Translations under genes and position numbers: made by a program
In this document: piece after piece, positions 1 through 8,804 of the stretch
How the letters are laid out: each line of letters opens with the position of its first letter
Position numbering within the stretch: position 1 is the stretch's first letter
Notes under the pieces: generated by a model
Databases searched by the model: none
The model's input: only the letters and a program-made list of their open reading frames with translations
Told to the model about the DNA's origin: nothing
Origin: an uncultured Verrucomicrobiae bacterium
Lineage (GTDB): Bacteria; Verrucomicrobiota; Verrucomicrobiia; Chthoniobacterales; Chthoniobacteraceae
DNA: 64,000 bases
Direction: 5' to 3'
Assembly (NCBI GenBank): GCA_963836755.1
Contig: CAWIKF010000002.1
Location: 1,024,001 to 1,088,000, forward strand

Positions 1-196
1 AGCCGAGGCTGTATTGGACGCCGCCGATGGTTTTTTTCCAAAGCGGCTTGCCGAACCAGATGCCGAATTTCTCGATGACGAGCCCACGCCAGCGCGCGGC
101 GAGGAAATGCCCGAGCTCGTGGACGATGATCATCAGGTTGAAGAAGGCGACGACTTCGAGCGCGATGAGGAGGAACTTGAGGATGCTGAGGAACAT
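1..196 (-). CDS. rseP: RIP/M50 zinc metalloprotease RseP, N-terminal part (runs off the window edge)
   Basis: Manual translation gives MFLSILKFLLIALEVVAFFNLMIIVHELGHFLAARW...FGIWFGKPL, with the HExxH motif in TM1. It lies directly downstream of dxr, as in the canonical cdsA-dxr-rseP order. Confidence 0.9.
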   Translation of the reverse strand, partial: MFLSILKFLLIALEVVAFFNLMIIVHELGHFLAARWRGLVIEKFGIWFGKPLWKKTIGGVQYSLG

Positions 197-253
197 ATTT
201 TTACCGTGGGGAGCAAAGACCGCGCTCGGCGCTTCGCCGTTCAATTCCTCTCG

Positions 254-1405
254 TCATCGCGAAGCAAGAATCTCGGCGGCACGCGCGCGCGTCTCGGAAT
301 CGGCGGCCACTATAGCATCGAGCCCCGCGTGCGCAACGGGCCGGTGCTCCTCCATCACGCGCGCGACCGTTTCCCAGATTTCGGGAAAGCGAATGCGCTT
401 TGCGAGAAAGGCGTCGACGGCGATTTCATTCGCGGCATTCAAGACTGCCGGCAAAGTTCCGCCGGTTTCGCCCGCGCGCCGCGCGAGATCGAGCGCCGGA
501 AAATCAGCCGTGCGCGGCGCTTCAAATTCCAGCTTCGCGAGCTGCGCGAAATCGAGCGGGCGCAACGTATTCGGCACGCGCTCCGGCCAGGTCACGGCGT
601 ATTGAATCGGGAAGCACATGTCCGAGTGCGAAAGCTGCGCGAGCACCGAGCCATCCACGAACTCGACCATCGAATGCACGATGCTTTGCGGATGGACGAC
701 GACCTCGACGCGCGCCATCTCCACGCCGAAAAGCCAGCGCGCCTCGATCATCTCCAGCCCTTTGTTGAAGAGGGTTGCGGAGTCGATCGTGATTTTCGCG
801 CCCATGTTCCAAGTCGGATGTTTCAGCGCCTGCTCCGGTGTCACGTCGCGCAAAAGTTCGCGCGGCGTTTCGCGGAAAGGCCCGCCGCTCGCGGTCAAAA
901 TCAGCCGCGTCACTTCGCTGACGTTGCGATTTTCGAGGCATTGAAAAATCGCGTTGTGCTCGCTGTCGACGGGCAAAACTTTGACGCCTTTCTTGCGCGC
1001 CGCTTCCATCACGATCTCGCCGGCCATCACTAAAATTTCCTTGCTCGCAATCGCAACGTCCTTGCCGGCTTCAATCGCCGCGAGCGCCGGTCGCAAGCCG
1101 CCGGTGCCGACAATCGCGATCAGCACGAGATCGGCTTCGGGCAAAGTCGCGAGCTCGATGAGCCCTTCTTCGCCGGGAACTTTTTTCACAGGAATCCCGC
1201 TCGCGCGAAAGGCCGCCGCTGCTTCCGGATCAACAACGCAGAAAGCGGCGTGTGGAAATTCGCCGGAAAGTTCCGCGAGCAGTTCGACATTCCGATGCGC
1301 GGAAAGTCCGACAATTTCCATCCGCTCCGGAATGTCGCGCGCGACGCGAATCGCGCTTTGGCCGATGGAGCCGGTCGCACCCAAAACGACGACGCGCTTT
1401 TTCAT
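254..1405 (-). CDS. dxr: 1-deoxy-D-xylulose 5-phosphate reductoisomerase
   Basis: LGATGSIG, LPVDSEHNAIFQ and HPTWNMGAKITIDSATLFNKGLE motifs. Confidence 0.98.
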   Translation of the reverse strand: MKKRVVVLGATGSIGQSAIRVARDIPERMEIVGLSAHRNVELLAELSGEFPHAAFCVVDPEAAAAFRASGIPVKKVPGEEGLIELATLPEADLVLIAIVGTGGLRPALAAIEAGKDVAIASKEILVMAGEIVMEAARKKGVKVLPVDSEHNAIFQCLENRNVSEVTRLILTASGGPFRETPRELLRDVTPEQALKHPTWNMGAKITIDSATLFNKGLEMIEARWLFGVEMARVEVVVHPQSIVHSMVEFVDGSVLAQLSHSDMCFPIQYAVTWPERVPNTLRPLDFAQLAKLEFEAPRTADFPALDLARRAGETGGTLPAVLNAANEIAVDAFLAKRIRFPEIWETVARVMEEHRPVAHAGLDAIVAADSETRARAAEILASR

Positions 1406-2280
1406 CCGAAGCGCATGACGAGGCGAACGTAGAAAAAGAGCAGCGGCGCCGTGAACAACAAACTATCGATCAAATCCAGCGCGCCGCCGATGCCGGGCAG
1501 CATGCGGCCGGAATCCTTCACGTCGCAGCTTCGCTTGATGATCGACTCGGCCAGATCGCCGATGATTGCCGCGAAGCCAAGCAGCAGGCCGAGCACCGTC
1601 GCGTGCACCGATGTCAGCGCCGACAAACTATGCGGCATCAATTTCCATGCGCCGAAACTTCCGAGCACCGAAAATGCGAGCGCGCCGAAAAAGCCTTCCC
1701 AAGTTTTCTTCGGCGAGATGTGCGGGATCAGCGGATGCCGCCCGATCAAGCTGCCGGTGACATACGCGCCCATGTCGCTGAATTTCGTCACGATGATCAA
1801 GTAGAGCACGTAAAAATGTCCGGTCACGTGGCCGTTTTGTTGGGGGAAAACGTAAACGATTTTCGTGATGAAATTAAAAAGCCAGAGCACGTAAAGAAAA
1901 CCGAAAGTCGTGTAAGCCATCGCCTCGAGCGGCGAGAAATGCCGCGTCCGCTCGAACATCTGCCGCGCGAAAACGATGAGCAGAAAAAAGAGCAGCACCG
2001 AGACTTCGTAATCATACGACTGCGCCGGGCCGACCTTCCTGAAATAGTAAAAACTGCCGCCGATGAAAAACAGCCCGCAGACCATCGCGAGGATCTTGAA
2101 ATTCGGCAGCCCCTTGTGATCGAGCATCCGGTAAAACTCCCAGAGCGCAAGCAAACCGAGGCTGCTGATCAGGCAAAAAAATCCGATCTCGAATCCGGAG
2201 AAAATGATCCAGAGCGCCACTGCCCAAAGCGCGATCGAACTGCAAAGTCGCGAGAAAAAAATGGCGCGGGTGCTTGGCAT
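1402..2280 (-). CDS. cdsA: Phosphatidate cytidylyltransferase
   Basis: SPKKTWEG and GDLAESIIKR...KDSGRMLPGIGGALD motifs; multi-TM. Start placed at MPSTRAIFF. Confidence 0.95.
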   Translation of the reverse strand: MPSTRAIFFSRLCSSIALWAVALWIIFSGFEIGFFCLISSLGLLALWEFYRMLDHKGLPNFKILAMVCGLFFIGGSFYYFRKVGPAQSYDYEVSVLLFFLLIVFARQMFERTRHFSPLEAMAYTTFGFLYVLWLFNFITKIVYVFPQQNGHVTGHFYVLYLIIVTKFSDMGAYVTGSLIGRHPLIPHISPKKTWEGFFGALAFSVLGSFGAWKLMPHSLSALTSVHATVLGLLLGFAAIIGDLAESIIKRSCDVKDSGRMLPGIGGALDLIDSLLFTAPLLFFYVRLVMRFG

Positions 2281-2385
2281 GTTTTTTTGGACGCGCAGGA
2301 TTGAAGATGCGCCTCGCGAAGGCAAGGCTGGAAATGCCGGAATCTCGAATCGGCGGCTGACCAATGCGCGTTACGTTTGTGAGGA

Positions 2386-2991
2386 CTACCTGGGATGCGA
2401 GTTGTGCTTCGCGGGAGTAGTGGCCGTCACCGAGAAATCATCCACATAAAACGGCCCACTGGAGTTCAGCGCCTCGATTAAAAACTCGTGCCGTAATTCC
2501 TCGATCTTGGAAAAATGGACGGTGATCGTCTTCCAGCGGCCCGAACGAGCCACCCCGACCTCAGTGATGCGGGAATCATATTTGGCGCTATACAGCCGCA
2601 CCCGCAGGATCAGTTCTGAATCGTCGTCGGAATTCAACTTCAGCTTCTTCGGCGCGAGCACGCGGAAATGCGCGGTCACTGCATCCACGGAGTCAGGGAT
2701 GGCCAACGGCGCCGATGCAGCAGGGATCTGCTTGTCGCTCAGCGACAGCACATGATTTTTCGCGTTCACCGGATCGGGCACCACCTGGCCGCTTATTTGC
2801 CACCCTGCAGCGCCATTCTCGAAATCCCCACTCACCGCCAGCAGGCCAGACTTCCCCGTCCCGCCCGGTGGCGGGGAGGGCGAAGACTGTGCCGGTTCCG
2901 CCGACGGAGTCGGAGAAGCTGTCGGCTCCGCGCCCAGCGCTTGCAACCCGCAGACGAAAAGGATCAACAGCATTGCGGGCACTCTCTTCAT
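2386..2991 (-). CDS. Hypothetical secreted protein with Pro/Ser linker and carbohydrate-binding-like beta-sandwich
   Basis: Signal peptide, PTASPTPS linker, GDFENGAAGW start and FYVDDFSV end typical of CBM4/9-like jelly-roll folds. Confidence 0.6.
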   Translation of the reverse strand: MKRVPAMLLILFVCGLQALGAEPTASPTPSAEPAQSSPSPPPGGTGKSGLLAVSGDFENGAAGWQISGQVVPDPVNAKNHVLSLSDKQIPAASAPLAIPDSVDAVTAHFRVLAPKKLKLNSDDDSELILRVRLYSAKYDSRITEVGVARSGRWKTITVHFSKIEELRHEFLIEALNSSGPFYVDDFSVTATTPAKHNSHPR

Positions 2992-3042
2992 AGCGGCACG
3001 ATAACGCCACGGCCCCGGAAACCAATCTGCATTCGAAACTTC

Positions 3043-3783
3043 TTACACATGGAGGACCTCGCACTCCGCGAAGCGTTTGCCCGCCGTAACCGAAAAATCC
3101 CCGTCCCACGAAACGAACACCGGAAGACTTTCATCACACTCATTGAAAGAGTGGAACAGGGTCAAGCCGGTGCCAATGGTGCTCATGGTGAAATCGGTGC
3201 CAGCGCCGTTGCCGCGTCGCTGGGGCAGGCCACAGAGCTTCGAGCCGGAGAGTGTCAGAGAGCCGCAGGGAGCCGCGCCGTTGGTGCTTCCGCTTGTAGA
3301 AGAGTGGGCCAAGGTAAAGCCGGTGCCGCTGCTGCCGCCGGACTCAGTCTTGCCTTCGCCCTGCGAACCAGATCGTCCCTCCACGCTGCCCGTGCTTCGG
3401 CGTCCGAGCCGGGCCCCGCGTCTCGAATGGCGGCGCACCCGCTGCAAGCCAAGCAGCGCCCCCAGCCCGGTCGCCAGCATTGCCCACGTAGAATACTCGG
3501 GCGCTAAATCCGCGATGGTGGTGCATACGGACGAATAAAACGCGGGGATGAGGCTGGAGGCGCATGGGGCCGTTCCCAGATTGCTGAACGGGTCCGCAGC
3601 CCCCTGTTCGACATTGCTGGCGACGTCCGCAGCGATAGCCTCGAAGACGCCTGTTGTCCCGAAGACGTTTGCCGACCAGCCAAAGTTCTCACCGCCCCCG
3701 CCGGCGGCGAAGTCCGCAGCCCATATCGTCCGAATCCCCGCAAGCAGCAAGACCGCCACTGCGAGAGTAGTTTTGGTTTTCAT
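3043..3783 (-). CDS. Hypothetical exported protein with internal PEP-CTERM-like segment
   Basis: Signal peptide MKTKTTLAVAVLLLAG; APEYSTWAMLATGLGALLGLQRVRR in mid-protein. Confidence 0.5.
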   Translation of the reverse strand: MKTKTTLAVAVLLLAGIRTIWAADFAAGGGGENFGWSANVFGTTGVFEAIAADVASNVEQGAADPFSNLGTAPCASSLIPAFYSSVCTTIADLAPEYSTWAMLATGLGALLGLQRVRRHSRRGARLGRRSTGSVEGRSGSQGEGKTESGGSSGTGFTLAHSSTSGSTNGAAPCGSLTLSGSKLCGLPQRRGNGAGTDFTMSTIGTGLTLFHSFNECDESLPVFVSWDGDFSVTAGKRFAECEVLHV

Positions 3784-3868
3784 GGTTTCTTTCCTCTGTT
3801 TCCGAAGCGGCTCTACCAGCCGCCAATTGTCCTGTTGGTTCTGCTTCCGTTTTTGCCGACAGCCGCAC

Positions 3869-4484
3869 TCAGCCCGCAAACGCCACCTGCACGATGTCGC
3901 TCATCTCGCCGACTTCCTCGTCGTTAATCACCCCACGCGCGGCGTATTCGCGCGTCTCCGCCATGCCGGGAGTTTTCAGCGGCGTCTGGTCGTCGAACGG
4001 GAATTTCTTCCGCTGGATGCCGACAAGCCTCCACGAGGTCGTGCCGCCGATGCGCGTGTAGATGTTCACCAGCTCGGCGTAAGCCTTTGAGCCGGTGATG
4101 CGCACGCTGCCCGGAAACGCCTCCGCCTTGATCTTCGGCTTGATCGCGTTTGGATCGTGCGCCGTCGTCTTGGTAAAAACATTCATCGATGTCGCCCATG
4201 CCATCGGTGAATTTCGTGTTGTTCTTCAGGTTATTGATGAACGCTCGCAACGCCTCGCTTTGCTGCGAATAAAGCTGCGCGGCATTGGCGGCGGCCGCGA
4301 CGACGGCGTTCTCGGCATCGACCAGCGTCTGGTAGGTGGTGATGAGCGGGATGAGCAGCGCGTCGGCGGCGGCAAGGTCGGCCGCATCGAGGCCGAGCGC
4401 GACAGCATTGGCATGGGTTTGCGCTTTGAGGTTGATGAAAAACGCGAGCCGGTTTTCGTGGGAATCTGGGATGAAGTCTGCCAT
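3869..4484 (-). pseudogene. Orphan conserved-hypothetical protein (helical N-half, beta-rich C-half) split by a single-base insertion near 4195-4197
   Basis: ORFs 3924..4484 (MADFIPDSH...) and 3869..4204 (...MNVFTKTT...VAFAG) join into one 204-aa protein if one base is removed from the 616-nt span. This may be a sequencing error. Confidence 0.7.
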
Positions 4485-4645
4485 GGGATTTTGTTTTCTG
4501 GGGTTTACTGCTGCGGTTTCTAGCCGCGGGTTTTGTTTTGCTGGAGTTCGCGCTTCAAAGCGCTGCTACAGCGGATCGTGGAGAGTTTCTGGGGTTTTAT
4601 GCTGAAAATGAAGGAGTTGCGTCAAAAATGCGCCGTTTCGGGCAT

Positions 4646-4897
4646 GAACCGTCGTCTCCCGGGTCGGAACCGGGACGTCCCGGCTCCGATCCGGGAGCTC
4701 CCGACTTTGACCCGGGACGTCCCGGCTGTGAACCGGGAGCACCCGGCTGGAGCCCGGGAGTTCCCGGGCCGGACTTGGGACGTCCCGACTTTGACTCGGG
4801 AGCACCCGGCGCGGACCCGGGAAGCGCCAACTCCGACTCGGGACGCCCCGGCTTGCAGACGGGAGACGACGGGGGCGAGCCGGGAAGCGGCGTTGAG
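4646..4897. repeat. Tandem array of about 12 degenerate 21-bp units with a 14-bp palindromic core (ccgggANNTcccgg)
   Basis: Units such as gaaccgggacgtcccggctcc (4667), gatccgggagctcccgacttt (4688), gacccgggacgtcccggctgt (4709) and gaaccgggagcacccggctgg (4730) at exact 21-bp spacing. Confidence 0.92.
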
Positions 4898-4951
4898 CCG
4901 CCGCATCGCCGGGAAAAGCCGCCGGGCGGCGTCTCCGTTCCGCCGGGGCAC

Positions 4952-4976
4952 AAAAAAGCCGTCCAATAGGACGGCT
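4952..4976 (-). terminator. Rho-independent terminator on the minus strand
   Basis: 8-bp stem agccgtcc/ggacggct with a 4-nt loop, followed by a T-run on the minus strand. Confidence 0.8.
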
Positions 4977-5100
4977 GGGAAATTCGAGATTTAAAACTTC
5001 ACCGGACGCCGAAGCATCGGGGGTCGCGGGATTTGGCCTTTTGAAAGCGCCACACTCGTCGAACCGCAACCCCGATATTCCACGCATCGCGGCTTCGTGC
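4952..5100 (-). ncRNA. Candidate structured RNA (long bulged hairpin ending in a terminator), family unrecognised
   Basis: Nested pairings 5010-5015/5092-5097 and 5016-5029/5064-5076, plus an apical tggc-cttt/aaag-gcca hairpin. A C-A mismatch on + becomes G-U on -. Confidence 0.4.
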
Positions 5101-5185
5101 TTAGCAGGAATCCCGAAACCGCTGCAAGCAAAACTTTAAAAAATGTTTTTGCCCCCGTTGATTCGCGTTCGGTGGGAAGAAAGAC

Positions 5186-6910
5186 TCAGCTTTTGCGCGT
5201 CATCCCGAGGTCTGCGGAGGCTTTGCCAAAGGTCTCTTCAAGCTGCCGCGTGCGCATGACGATCGGCTCGTAGATTTTCCGCTGCGCCGCGCAAAAAGTC
5301 TGCAGCGGCTGGAAAATCAACGTCAGCTCCTGGTAGAAAAGTGCGATCGCGTGCCGCAGATGATCCTCGACGGGCGCGAGCACTTCCTCGCGCTTGCGCG
5401 CCATCTGCGTGCGGAATTCGGCGATGATTTTGTTGCGTTTCGCAACCGCAACGCCTGCGCCGAAAAGGGCCGCGACGCCAGCGACCATGCCGGTGACATC
5501 GACGATGGCGATGTGCGCGAGCGCCGCTGCGATGGCCGCCGCGCCGCCGAGTGCCGCGATTCCGGCGGGCACGCGCAGCCATGCGGAGGCATCGCTGAAC
5601 GCCTTCGTCATCTGATCCTCGATTTGTTTGTTCGACATCTTTTCCATCAACGTCAGCGCGATTCGCTGGAGCAACGCCTCGCGCTCGCGGACAAAGTCGG
5701 GCGGGCTCGATGGCATGTGCATCTCGGTGGTGAAATTTTTCAAAAGCGATTCGTGGAGCTGTTGCCAGACGCTTTTCAAGTCGCCCTCGAGCAGCTCGAT
5801 GGAGTTCTCGATCTGCCGCTTCAAGGTGTCGTGCAGACTCTGGTCGATGCTTTCCTGGAAATCGGCGTGCCACTTTTCCTTGCGGAAGATCAGCTTCAGC
5901 GTCTGCGTCCACGTGAGCCGCTCCTGGAGCAATTCCTCGGCGCCTTTTTGCGAGCGCTCGTAGCTTTGCGAAAGCGACCACATGACGCCGCCGACCTGCC
6001 GCAGCGATTGCTCCTCGCGCTCGTCGAGGATGCGCTCGAGCTCGTGCAAACGCTCGATGTCTTTTTCCACGGTCGTGAATGCGGCCGCCGCTTTTTCGCC
6101 GAGCTCGCGCAGCACGACCTGCCCGGTCTGGCAGACGGAGCGGAGCTTCGCGAGCCGCGTCTCGCCGTGGGCGACGGTCTGGTTGATGTAATCCTCGACC
6201 TTGTCAAAGTTGCTTTCCTTCAGCATCCGTTCCTTGTCCGTCGCGTGAGTTTTTGCGAACAAGGCGTTCTTTGCCGAGACGGCGAAAACCGGCGGGCTCG
6301 TGCCGAGTTTCTCGCGAGCGGTCTGTTGTAAATGTTTGACAACCGCGTCCACTTCGGTCGCGCTGCGCAAGTCCGCCTGCTGGACGATGAAGACAACGTG
6401 CTTGAGCCATTTTTTCTGCACGAGATGGAGAAATTCCCACGCGGAGGCGGCCCACGGGTTTGTGATGGAAAAAACGAAAATCACCAGGTCGGCCATCGGC
6501 AGGAATTGCTCGGTGATGGTCTGGTGATCGGCGATGATCGTGTTCGTGCCGGGCGTGTCGACGACGTTGAAGTCGCGCAGGAAATTGCTCGGGCGGTAAC
6601 ATTCCGTGAGCTTGTCGCCGATGTTCACGTCGCGCTCCTCGCCGTATTTGAAGACGTAGATTTTGTCCGTGGCGGGCAGCACATCCACGCGGCAAAACTC
6701 GCGGCCGAAAAGCGCGTTGAGCACGCTCGATTTGCCGGCTTTGACCTCGCCCATCACGACGAAGAGAATCGGCTCGCGCAGGCTCGCATTCAGGTTCTGC
6801 AGCGTTTCGAGCGTCGCCGGTTCCGCATGCAAATCATGCGCGAGCGTCGAGAGAGAAAACAGCGCGGTGCCCAGCTGCGCGCGAAGCTGAAAGTAGTCGT
6901 CGCCGATCAT
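5186..6910 (-). CDS. Bacterial dynamin-like GTPase
   Basis: G1 GEVKAGKS, G2 LPAT, G3 DTPG, long helical stalk and two C-terminal hydrophobic helices. Start placed at MIGDDYF. Confidence 0.85.
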   Translation of the reverse strand: MIGDDYFQLRAQLGTALFSLSTLAHDLHAEPATLETLQNLNASLREPILFVVMGEVKAGKSSVLNALFGREFCRVDVLPATDKIYVFKYGEERDVNIGDKLTECYRPSNFLRDFNVVDTPGTNTIIADHQTITEQFLPMADLVIFVFSITNPWAASAWEFLHLVQKKWLKHVVFIVQQADLRSATEVDAVVKHLQQTAREKLGTSPPVFAVSAKNALFAKTHATDKERMLKESNFDKVEDYINQTVAHGETRLAKLRSVCQTGQVVLRELGEKAAAAFTTVEKDIERLHELERILDEREEQSLRQVGGVMWSLSQSYERSQKGAEELLQERLTWTQTLKLIFRKEKWHADFQESIDQSLHDTLKRQIENSIELLEGDLKSVWQQLHESLLKNFTTEMHMPSSPPDFVREREALLQRIALTLMEKMSNKQIEDQMTKAFSDASAWLRVPAGIAALGGAAAIAAALAHIAIVDVTGMVAGVAALFGAGVAVAKRNKIIAEFRTQMARKREEVLAPVEDHLRHAIALFYQELTLIFQPLQTFCAAQRKIYEPIVMRTRQLEETFGKASADLGMTRKS

Positions 6911-6923
6911 CCCTCGCGCTCGT

Positions 6924-7769
6924 TCAGCGCGCCGCGTTTGCCACGGGCGAAGCCGCCGCAGATGGCGAAGCCGCGGGGACATCCGGCGTTTTTTTGTTTA
7001 CTGCGCTTCCTTTTTTCAACTCCGGCCGCGGGCCGCCTTTGTCCATCGCGATCAATTCCGAGACGGTGACGAATTTGTAACCACGCGCCAGCAGCGTGTC
7101 GAAAACTTCGGGCATCGCCGCGATCGTCGTCGCATGGATATCGTGCGACAAAATGATCGAGCCGGGGCGCACGCCGGCGAGGATGCGGCGCGCGACGGTG
7201 GCGGAGTTGCGGTCTTTCCAATCGAGCGGATCGACGTCCCACAAAATAATTTTGAACCCGAATTCCGCGTGCGCCCACTGGCGCTGTTTCGCCGTGAAGT
7301 CGCCATACGGTGGCCGCATCAGCGTCGGCGTCACACCGCCCGCCTGCGTGATGATGTCCTGCGTTTTTTGCAACTGGTTGCGCACGGCGGCCTCGGGCAT
7401 TTTCGCGAAGTCGGGATGCGTGAGCGAATGGTTGCAGACCTCGTGGCCTTCCGCGATCTCGCGCTTGACGAGTGCTGGATTGGCCGCCGCGTTTTCGCCG
7501 ATGAGGAAAAAGGTGAGCTTGATGAGTTTCTTCGCCGCGAGGTCGAGCAGGCGCGGCGTGTTCGTCGCGTGCGGTCCGTCGTCAAAAGTCATCGCGATGT
7601 AAGGCCCGTCGACATTGACTTCCGAGTAAGTGATCTTCGGCGCGGCGGCAGTTTTCGGCGCCGCAGCGCCGGCGGGATCGACCGGCGAAGCTGTGGCAGC
7701 GGGCGTTTGCGCCGGGGCGGAAGCGGCGAGCATCGCGCAGGCCGCGGAGAGAAAAAAGGTTCGAACCAT
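6924..7769 (-). CDS. Secreted polysaccharide deacetylase (NodB/CE4 family)
   Basis: TFDDGP, NHSLTH, RPPYG, DPLDW and ILSHD motifs; signal peptide MVRTFFLSAACAML. Confidence 0.93.
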   Translation of the reverse strand: MVRTFFLSAACAMLAASAPAQTPAATASPVDPAGAAAPKTAAAPKITYSEVNVDGPYIAMTFDDGPHATNTPRLLDLAAKKLIKLTFFLIGENAAANPALVKREIAEGHEVCNHSLTHPDFAKMPEAAVRNQLQKTQDIITQAGGVTPTLMRPPYGDFTAKQRQWAHAEFGFKIILWDVDPLDWKDRNSATVARRILAGVRPGSIILSHDIHATTIAAMPEVFDTLLARGYKFVTVSELIAMDKGGPRPELKKGSAVNKKTPDVPAASPSAAASPVANAAR

Positions 7770-7834
7770 TTTCAAAAAACTTGTGCGTGACCTTATGACG
7801 GCATCTCGCGAAATCAATGCGCGATTCGCTTTCG

Positions 7835-8701
7835 CTAGAGGAATCGCGTCAAAATTGGCGCGAGCTTTGTCGCAGTCGCCGCCGGCCAAAGCGATTTGTC
7901 GGTGACGAGCGCGCCGTCGAGCGAGCGATGCTCCGGCCAGTCCGGCGTTAGCGGAATCTGCGGAATCACGTGCGCGAGAATCTTTTTCGCCGCCGCGGCA
8001 TTCGCGAGCAAATGCGCGATAACTTTGTCGGCAGTCACCGGCTCCTCGTCGATTTTCCAGCAATCGTAATCAGTGATCATCGCCATCGTCGCCAGCGCGA
8101 TCTCAGCTTCGCGCGCGAGCTTCGCTTCGCCGAGATTCGTCATGCCGATGACGTCAAAACCGAGCCGGCGATTCGTCTCCGATTCCGCGCGCGTGGAAAA
8201 CGCCGGGCCGTCCATGTTGACGTAAGTGCCGCCGTTGTGCGCGGTGTAGCCGAGCTCTTTCGCGGCGTTAAACAAAAGTTGACGCAAGTTTTTGCTGATC
8301 GGATCGGCGAAACCAACGTGCGCCGCGATTCCCTCGCCAAAAAAAGTGTGCGTCGCGCGCTGGCTCGTCCGGTCAAAAAATTGATCCGGCAGCAAAATGT
8401 GGCGCGGCTCGTAGGCGGCCTGCAAACTGCCAACCGCGGTCACGCAAATGATCCAGCGCACGCCGAGCGAGCGGAGCGCCCAGATATTCGCGCGATGATT
8501 TAACTCATGCGGCAGGATGCGATGTCCGCGCCCGTGCCGCGGCAAAAACCAAACCTGCCGCCCCTCGATTTTGCCGCCGAAGATTTTGTCCGAAGGCGCG
8601 CCGAATGGCGTCTCGACTTCGTGCTCGATGGGGTCGGTCAATCCCTCGATTTGATAAAGTCCGCTGCCGCCGATGATGCCGATGCCGGGCTCGTCCGTCA
8701 T
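7835..8701 (-). CDS. mtnP: S-methyl-5'-thioadenosine phosphorylase
   Basis: IGIIGGSGLY, LPRHGRGH, GPAFSTRAES and TDYDCW motifs. Confidence 0.93.
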   Translation of the reverse strand: MTDEPGIGIIGGSGLYQIEGLTDPIEHEVETPFGAPSDKIFGGKIEGRQVWFLPRHGRGHRILPHELNHRANIWALRSLGVRWIICVTAVGSLQAAYEPRHILLPDQFFDRTSQRATHTFFGEGIAAHVGFADPISKNLRQLLFNAAKELGYTAHNGGTYVNMDGPAFSTRAESETNRRLGFDVIGMTNLGEAKLAREAEIALATMAMITDYDCWKIDEEPVTADKVIAHLLANAAAAKKILAHVIPQIPLTPDWPEHRSLDGALVTDKSLWPAATATKLAPILTRFL

Positions 8702-8804
8702 TGCCGCGGCGCGATTAAAGGTGGGGAAAATTGCGCGTGAAAGTTCATGCGTTCGCGCACGCCATTAAACGAAGCGCGCGGCGAGGGGAAGCGAAAGATG
8801 CGCG

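Noticed and set aside
4646..4897. CRISPR array
   Set aside because: Units are only 21 bp with 7-bp linkers, the repeats are degenerate, and no cas genes are in the window.
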